Shown here: in pieces, positions 56,089 to 64,000 of the stretch
Position numbering within the stretch: position 1 is the first letter of the stretch
How the letters are laid out: each line of letters opens with the position of its first letter
Origin: Heteronotia binoei
Lineage: Eukaryota
Assembly: GCF_032191835.1 (NCBI RefSeq)
Contig: NC_083241.1
Coordinates: 372,001-436,000, forward strand
DNA length: 64,000 bases
Direction of reading: 5' to 3'
Translations under genes and position numbers: made by a program
Notes under the pieces: generated by a model
The model's database searches: none
What the model was told of the DNA's origin: nothing
The model's input: only the letters and a program-made list of their open reading frames with translations

Positions 56089-56937
56089 TGAGCCTGCGGG
56101 CCCCCCCTCCGGCACAGCGGGGGGAGGCCGGCCGGGGGGCCCCAGAGTCTCCGTTTGCTCCCTCCCCCTCCTGGAGCCAAGCTGAGCCCTGCTGTCTGTG
56201 GGCGGATGGATGCTGCTGGAGCTGGCACTCAGTCGCCCCGTTCCGGTTTTAACTCACCAAAGTGTTTTTAAACTGGACCAGTTTGTCTGTCCCCCTTCTG
56301 GTGGGAGAGACGTGGGCAGGCAGGGGGCCACCTCCTGTCCTCTGGAGGGGAAGGAAGGTGGAGAGGAGCCATATTGGGAGGGGGAGGAAAGGCTGGAGAG
56401 CTTGTGACGCCCCCCCCCCCTTGGTGTGTCTTTGGCAGGCACCCGCTCCAGCCTCAGCTGCCCCCTGCCCTGCCAGCCGCTCACTGCTGGGGGCCGCCTG
56501 CTCCTCCTGGCATGTCCTGGCCCCTGGCCCTGCTGCCTTGGGAGGGGGGCTGGGAGGAGGACTGCTGCACCTCTGGAGGAGCCCGGGCCTCCCTCCTGCC
56601 CTCCCTGCCTCTGCCCAAAGTCACTGGAGCTTCCATCTTTCCTCATGTGCCTTGTAGCCCGTCTCCTCTTGGACGACAGACAATCTTCTGCTGGGCCTGG
56701 CCTCCTCCTCCTGCTGCTGCTGCTGCTGGACTCGCCCTCCTGCTGGACACACTGCTGCTGCTGCTGCTGCTGCAGTTGGGGGCGGTGGCGGCGGGGGCAC
56801 AAAACAGGGGCTGCCCGGGACTCTTTTTCTATAACGACTTTTTGGTGCACAAAAATTTCTTGTAATTTAAGCAAGGAGCCGATTCCTGCGGCCAGATTTT
56901 TTTTTAATTTAATGGATGTGGATATAACGCTAGAGAG

Positions 56938-56953
56938 ATTAAAGTTTATTAAA
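56938..56953 (+). promoter_or_regulatory. FURIN polyadenylation signals
   Basis: Two ATTAAA hexamers (56938, 56948) after a U-rich 3'UTR end. Confidence 0.55.
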
Positions 56954-58769
56954 TGGTGGAACTATGCAAATCAGCTTTCTTCGTTGTCGTCATGTCATGT
57001 GCCCACCCTGAGAGTTGTCTTGCTCTTATGCGCTCCTTTCGTAGGACTTCCTTCTGGGTGGGTGACGCACCTTAGCTGACCTTTCAGATACTTGAGGGAA
57101 GCACGTGCTGGGAACTGAGGGGTGCCAGAAGCACTTCTGATGCCAGCTGCTCGGTCTGCGTGATGCATGTGAGAGTCAGAGAGAGAACACCGATGCCTGT
57201 GGCACACAAACCCCCCAAAGTTCCCCACCTTATTCTGAGCAGGGCTGGAGGAGACCTCTGATGGCCGCGGGGGCCTCCCACTGGAGGAAGGAGAGGGGGG
57301 AGCTGTTTCTGCTGTGGGCAGCAGGAACACTCCCTTGCCAATTGACCCTGGCTGCTACAGGAGGGATTGGAAAGGGTGCTCCCTTTAGTGGAGACTAACC
57401 ATAAGGAAGAAAAGCGCCTTGTGTGTGTGCAATTGGAAAGCTAAGGCCAGCAATTCCCCCCTCTCCATATTTTCCAGAAAAAAGCAGATTTAGGGGAGAC
57501 ACAGGCATGCATGCAGGACTTATCAAACCTAAAACGATTCTGCTGCCTGGAGAACAAAATGCATGTTCTAAGTTAGCATGTGAAATGGTCTCATTTGGCC
57601 TATTTCAGGCATTTCTCATATTCCAGGGGCTCGGAAGGGTTCACTCTGGGCATTTCCTGCAGGCTTCTCACATCCTGGGCATGACGGAGAAAGCCTGTCC
57701 CTTGTGCTGCCACCTCAGTGCCACACACACCAATTCCTGCCACCTGGGAGGGTCGAAACAGTAAAAGTCAACTCTATAAGAGAGGAGAGAAGGGTATTCT
57801 TGGAAGAGAAACCGTCCCAAGGGTGGGCACGCTTGGAAAGCAAGTTAAACTTTGTAATAGTGACAATATGGAAATTGTCACCAAATACATTACAATCTGC
57901 CAGAATCCTTCACATTTCAACAATGAACATAACGTTGAAAATACTGCAGTTTCCCTAGGAATGTTCATTCATGCTGTAAGTTGTCTTGCTTATATTTTTT
58001 ATGCTCTTAAAACTGAATGAGTAACACCTTGCCTTTAAAGAGCATTTAACTCATTCGGAAAGGGGGGAAAAAATAGTGCTCTCCCCCACCGGCAACGGGG
58101 GGGGGGATGGCAGGGGTGAGCCTAAGCAGGTATCCCTCCCGAGGGGTCCAGTTTCGGCTTGCTGGGCTTTTCTGCCTTCTGCAGCAGGAGGCTCTGAGCA
58201 GGCCAGCTGAAGGGGAAGCCCCCAGCCCCCCACCTCTGGACACTGGTGCTTGAGACAGGAAAAGAACCCCAGCTGGGGAGGGTCAAGAAATGCAGCCAGC
58301 AGGCTAGCAACAGGGTGTTGTGCAAGAAATGTAAACCCAACGCAGAAAACTGCAGGTCAGGTAATAATATAGCAAAACACACCATGGAACAGTCTTCAGT
58401 GCCTTTTCCTTTCTAAAAAGGCCTTTCCTGCGCCATTCTGTGTTAGAGAACTTGCAGGATGCCAGGAGCGGGGGAGTGTTCATCCGAACCTCCTGGGATA
58501 GGCTGCTCCAAGAGGCCGGGGCCACCACAGAAAAGGGATGTGCATTTTCTTTGTTTGTATACATTTTTAGGCTGCCCTTTCCTGCCAGCAGGGCTCAGGG
58601 CGGTTTGCAACAGGAATAAACATAATGAATTGATTAGAGGTTAAAATCCTACAATAAATAGTGCATATATCAACAATAACTCAATCCAAGGTGGTGAGTG
58701 AACATCATATTTCAAAAGCGGGGTGGGGGGGCTTGCAGAGAACGGTGGGTATGAGAGTGCCAGACTACA

Positions 58770-59300
58770 GGCTGTACTGTCTCTGTCCTCAGCCAGGCGC
58801 GCATGGAGGATTATTGCCCTTGCATGTTTGCAGGGTGGCCCCTGCAGAAGGCCCTGCTCATGGACGCAGACCTGCCAGGGCAGAGGGTGGCAGGAGAAGC
58901 AGTGCTGCCTGCAGGCATCAGGGGCCCATGCTGCAAAGTGCTTTGGATGTGCTCGCCAGGCCGGCGTTCTTCCGCCTACATCAGGCAACTGGCCCCTTTC
59001 CTCTCGCGCCCCAACAGTAATCCATGCAACAGTCACCTCCAGATTAGCTGCCTGCCCTTGAGGCTGACCTGGAAGCTCCAGCTGACCCAGAATGCAGCAG
59101 CGCCAGTCCTGACGGGAACATCACGGGCAACGCATCGACAACCTGTGCTGTGCCAGCTGCACTGGCTCCCCGTGCAGCACCAAGTCAGGTTCAAGGTTTG
59201 GGTGTTGACATTTAAAGTCCTCTTGAGCAGTCGGGGACCAACGTATCTGCAGGAATGGCCCAGAGGCCATGATGCCCTTCAGACAACCCCCTACTGGTGA
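58770..59300 (+). mobile_element. L2 LINE ORF2 3' fragment (degenerate)
   Basis: VIHATVTSRL.. and LTWKLQLTQNAAAPVLTG..LCQLHWLPVQHQVRFKVWVLTFK. Confidence 0.8.
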
Positions 59301-59466
59301 TCCATCCGGGTCCCCCAGATGCCCAGCTTTCCTTGACCAGGGCTTTCTCAGCCCTGACCCCAGCTTGGCGGGACCCTCAGGGCCCTGGAGGACCTTGTGC
59401 AGCTCCGCAGGGCCTGTCAGGCAGAGGGTTGAGGGCAGCAATGGTCACTATTCTGGCCGGCATTCA

Positions 59467-60056
59467 CCAGTTTGGTGTAGTGGTTAAGTGTGTGGACTCT
59501 TATCTGGGAGAACCGGGTTTGATTCCCCACTCCTCCACTTGCAGCTGCTGGAAAGGCCTTGGGTCAGCCAGAGCTCTGGCAGAGGTTGTCCTTGAAAGGG
59601 CAGCTGCTGTGAGAGCCCTCTCCAGCCCCACCCACCTCACAGGGTGTCTGTTGTGGGGGAGGAAGGGAAAGGAGATTGTGAGCCGCTCTGAGACTCTTCG
59701 GAGTGGAGAGAGGGATATAAATCCAATATCTTCATCTACCTCACAGGGTGTCTCTTGTGGGGGAGGAAGGGAAAGGAGATTGTGAGCCGCTCTGAGACTC
59801 TTCAGAGTGGAGGGAGGGATATAAATCCAATATCTTCATCTACCTCACAGGGTGTCTGTTGAGGGGGAGGAAGGGAAAGGAGATTGTGAGCCGCTATGAG
59901 ACTCTTCGGAGTGGAGGGCGGGATATAAATCCAATATCTTCATCTACCTCACAGCGTGTCTGTTGTGGGGGAGGAAGGGAAAGGAGATTGTGAGCTGCTC
60001 TGAGACACTTTGGAGTGGAGGGCGGGATATAAATCCAATATCTTCTTCATCTTCTC
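59467..60056 (+). mobile_element. Squam3-like SINE with four tandem 3' tails
   Basis: Normal head and body, then ctcacagggtgtc..ggatataaatccaatatcttc starting at 59636, 59740, 59844 and 59948 (104-bp period). Confidence 0.9.
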
Positions 60057-61253
60057 CTCCTCCTCCTATTAGATCCCCCATCTTGTCCCCCAACCTGCAA
60101 GGTGATCACAGTCCAGAACGGGGAGAAAGCTGTGATTTGCACCACTTGATGTCTTTTAGATTGCTATTCTAGTATCATTTTCATCTCTGTTTTGTGCTTT
60201 TAATGTTCTTATTGTACATCCCCCGAGCCAGGGATTGGGTGATTCCTACACTGACTATAATAAACAATAGGGCTCTTAAGAGAGTCCGCAAGGGGAAGCG
60301 GAACCCCACTGAAGGCATCCTCCTCCTCATCATCCCCTTTTCCTCCTCAGGATGAAGTTTCAGTGTGTTCCCTCTTCGATGACCCATCATCTCTGTCCTT
60401 ACAGACTGCGCAGTCTGCCCCACTGAGGAGTGGGAAGGGAAGAGGACCAAGAGAGTGAAGTGGGGCAAACAGCTGCCTCTCAGGCAAGTTTCAGGTGGAG
60501 ACCTCAAAAGCCTGCAAAGGGAAGGGCCCCAAGAGGAGGATCTAGTCGAAAAGCAGCCCAGGGGAGGGAAGATCCAACTTGTGGCAAAAGGGAAGTGGCA
60601 GCTCACAAGACAGCCTCCGGTGGAGCAGGCGACTGGCCTGGCGGGAGTGATGCCAGCACAGCACAGCCGAGCACTGCTTCCTCTCGGGGGGCATGGCAGG
60701 GCAAAACAAAACAAAGTCTGGCAGGTTCGGGATTTGGCTAAAGGGCTTGCTGTTTGAAAGAACAAAGGGTTTCCTTTTCCCCTGGGCTTAGGGAAGGAGA
60801 GCTCCCGGTTGCCCCTTGATTGATCGACTGAAGGGAGAGGGAAGGGGGGGAATCCCCAGGGCCTGGCCGGGAGCATTTAAAAGAGAGATGGGAGGGGGAA
60901 TCTCACCGGCAGGGGGGGGGGATGGGCTTGGAGGCCTGGTGGGTTGCCTTCAGTCCCCTGGGATTGATGGGGAAAACTTTAACTGGTCAGTGTGAATGAA
61001 TGCTCTAGAGCTTTGTCTACACCGCACCTTGACCAATTGCCCAGAAGTCCTGATTCCTGGTCTGTGGCCAGAGGAAGGAAGAACAAGACCTTTGTCTCCA
61101 GCACTGAGGAAGNNNNNNNNNNNNNNNNNNNNNNNNNNNNNNNNNNNNNNNNNNNNNNNNNNNNNNNNNNNNNNNNNNNNNNNNNNNNNNNNNNNNNNNN
61201 NNNNNNNNNNNNNNNNNNNNNNNNNNNNNNNNNNNNNNNNNNNNNNNNNNNNN

Positions 61254-61636
61254 GAGAGCACTGAGGTCAGCTGGAAAAAACTTGTTGACCACCCCCGGAC
61301 CAAGAGAGGTGAAGCTGCAATGCACCCGCAATCGGGCCTTCTCCTCTGTAGCCCCGAACCTATGGAACCAACTTCCAGAGGAAATGCGGGCCCTGCGGGA
61401 CCTTGAACAATTCCGCAGGGCCTGCAAAACTTTCCTCTTTCGACTGGCTTTCGCTGACGAAGAAAGTAGTTGCTAATTATTACCGCCATCATAAAAAAGA
61501 ACAAGCAGCACTAGCACTTTTATTATTAATTAATTAATTAATTTTAAATTTATCAGAATTTTAATGTTAAATGTAACTTTGTTTTTTGTATAACTGAATG
61601 ATGTTGTTAGCTGCCCTGAGCCTGCTCCGGCGGGGA
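61254..61636 (+). mobile_element. L2 LINE 3' end
   Basis: TRNRAFSSVAPNLWNQLPEEMRALRDLEQFRRACKTFLFRLAF plus an AT-rich tail. Bounded by N gaps. Confidence 0.85.
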
Positions 61637-62149
61637 NNNNNNNNNNNNNNNNNNNNNNNNNNNNNNNNNNNNNNNNNNNNNNNNNNNNNNNNNNNNNNNN
61701 NNNNNNNNNNNNNNNNNNNNNNNNNNNNNNNNNNNNNNNNNNNNNNNNNNNNNNNNNNNNNNNNNNNNNNNNNNNNNNNNNNNNNNNCTTTGCCTTGCTG
61801 CCAGCAGGGAGCAGGTTTCTGGGGGTGTCAAGACTGGGAGAAGAGCCGGCTGCAGCCGTGCAGATGACCAGGGAAGGAACCCCAGAGCATCATGCACCTG
61901 CCTCTCCAGGAGGAGCAGCAGCGCAAGGCCAGCAGGGCAGAGGGGGGCTGTGGACTCAACGGGCAGTTAAACCGCAGGGCCCTTGTGGGGAAAACCCAAG
62001 GACCAGCAGCCAGGTGCGTGGCCCTGCAGCCACCTGGAAACTTCCTGTGCCCATATCTTTGGGCTTGGGAAGAGACAGGTTGGCCGGGGCAGCAGTGGGT
62101 GTGACTGGCAGGGCCCAGACTTCCCAAGTGGGGGAGGGGGGAGGAATGA

Positions 62150-62440
62150 TGCCAAGCCACAGGACTTCAGCAGACAGAAAGGGTCTTCCACTGGGCACCG
62201 TGAGGTGAGGTGGGGCGGGGCGGGGCCTTTCAAGCCGGTTGGCGATGGCTTCTGGCTCCATGGGCTGGCTCAGCCCATCTATGAGTTTCAGCCTGGGAAG
62301 CAGCAGCCCCAGGGCGGGTGGCGGAAGGGGGATCTTGCAACGCCTGCCGCAGGGCTTGGCGAGGAGGTTTCCTGTTCCTTCTTTGAGCCCCAGCCACTCT
62401 CAGGAGGCCACGGCAGGCTCACCCACAGGAGCAGTACCAG
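62150..62440 (+). promoter_or_regulatory. Candidate FES promoter and non-coding exon 1
   Basis: Tandem GC boxes ggggcggggcggggc near 62212-62225, GGAA/TTCC ETS-type motifs, and donor ccag|GTACGG after 62439. The assignment is inference. Confidence 0.4.
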
Positions 62441-63202
62441 GTACGGGGGGGGGGGCTCTTCCGTGGAGGGCGAGGTAGGCCCTGTCTCCCCCCCCCACCT
62501 CCTTCCTGAGCACTGCTGGGGTGCCGCTGCCCTCTGGGCAGGGGCTGAGAATCCTGCCAGAGGGAAGTGGCCCCCTGGCCGGCAGTCCAACGCTGGATTT
62601 TTTCTCATCCCTACCTTGGAGACTGACTGGGGGGGGGGGGTTGGGGGGGTGAGTTTTCGAGAGCCAAAGCCCCTTGGTCAGCGCTTGGACTCCCAAAAGC
62701 TCCTACTCCCCCCCCAAACGCCCCCATCTCCCTGGTCTCTCAGGTGCTCCTGGGCTTGAATGTAGCCGGAGAGAATCCCCTCCCCTCTGGCTGCCCAGAC
62801 CAGCCCCTTCTTGGCAGGCAGCCTGGCACAGCCCCCTTGCCAAGGGAAGGAGGGAAAGGCTGTGGGGGGGAAGTCACCTGCCCCAGGACTCTGGGCCCCA
62901 TCCAGCACCCGTGCTCGGCTTGGCCTGTCTTGGGCTTGGTCACCAGCCCTGCTTCTCTGGGGACACCGTGCCTTTGGGAGCCCAGCTGCCCCACCAACAG
63001 CAAGGCTTAGCTGGTGACGGTGTCTCCCCCTCCCTGCCTCTCCCTGCCCTGTTGAGGAACCGCTCCCCACCACCCAGGAAATGCAAAGGGGAAGCCACTG
63101 CAGGCCAGGGAGGGAGGGAGGGAGGGTTCTCTGAGCCGCTCTCAAGGCCTGAGGACACCTTGACCATGGCCGGCTTTGTAGGGAGGCAGCACAGCAGGGC
63201 CA

Positions 63203-64000
63203 ATGGGGCAGCCCCTCCACGCTGCGAGCTTCGGGGTGCAGCTCGGCTGCCCCGAGGGCCACAGTGCACTGCTGCAGCTGCAAGAAGCCGAGCTCCGCCA
63301 GCTGGAGGCCCTAAAGAAGTGGATGGGCCAGCGTGCCAAGAGCGACCGGGAATATGCTGCCCAGCTCCACCAGATGTACAGCTTGGCCGAGAAGCAGCAG
63401 GAGAGCAGCCGGCAGCCCAGCCTCGGCCAGATCAGCCAGGTGGGAGCCCCCAACCCCCCCAGGCCTGGATGCAAGCAGGGGGAGGTCCAAGGCTTGGGAG
63501 GGGGAGCTGCCCTGGCTTCCCTCTCTGGTTTGGCATCAGCTCCCCTGCAAGCCAGACAGGGCATACCTCGCCCTCCCTCCCTCCCCCCACCCTGCCCTAG
63601 GGTTGCCAGCCCTTCCCCAACTCCCCGGGCCTAGGCAGTCTGTAAGGGGGGCAGGCCGGGCAGCCCCAGGGAGTGAGCAGCTCCTGCACCAACCCTGCCC
63701 TTCTGGATGCTCCCTCCTTCCTTCCTCCCAGTGCTGGTGGTCGCTGGTGACCCAGACGGAGGCCCTGAGCCAGCTCCTGAAGCAGCATGCCGAGGCCCTG
63801 GTCTCTGGGCCCCTCCACAAGCTGGGCCTGCTTGCCCACAGCAAGCAGCTGCTGCGTCGGACCTACAGTGAGCAGTGGCAGCAGCTGAGCCAGGAGTTCA
63901 CCCGGGTAAGCCTGCCTGCCCCGTACCTGGCAGGGGCTCCAGTGGAGCTCCTCCTCATGCTTCATGCTGCTGGGGCTCTCCCTCCTTTTGCAGGCCACTC
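63203..64000 (+). CDS. FES: Tyrosine-protein kinase Fes/Fps, N-terminal F-BAR exons (continues beyond the window)
   Basis: Exons 63203-63439 (..CPEGHSALLQLQEAELRQLEALKKWMGQRAKSDREYA..), 63732-63905 (..QTEALSQLLKQHAEAL..YSEQWQQLSQEFTR) and the start of the next exon at 63994. The position directly downstream of FURIN is a conserved vertebrate arrangement. Confidence 0.95.

Overview
Vertebrate genomic DNA, GC-rich with compact introns. It is from a squamate reptile, probably a gecko, judged from its Squam3-like and Sauria-like SINEs. Gene order: PDIA3 (+, exons 2-13), an unannotated-looking decayed FKBP8-paralogue (FKBP16-like) locus, SERINC4 (-), HYPK (+), MFAP1 (-), FURIN (+), and the 5' part of FES (+). 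I mapped exons by hand from GT-AG sites and recalled vertebrate protein sequences; no database search was run, and repeat-family names are from recall. Most notable: (1) an FKBP16-like gene relic whose two TPR exons are inverted relative to its flanking exons, with no PPIase exons found; (2) a ~745-bp near-perfect palindromic insertion with a 14-bp target-site duplication in FURIN intron 2; (3) a ~43-copy 79-bp satellite amplified from inside one tRNA-derived SINE in the same intron; (4) a G-rich ~140-bp VNTR between head-to-head SERINC4 and HYPK; (5) an inverted copy of the SERINC4 stop/3'UTR region in its own intron 7; (6) frameshifting indels in FURIN signal/prodomain exons, probably assembly errors. 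Four N gaps: 23655-23754, 49815-49996, 61113-61253, 61637-61787. I found no CRISPR array, rRNA or true tRNA gene, and no convincing new multi-gene system; the novelty here is structural and evolutionary.
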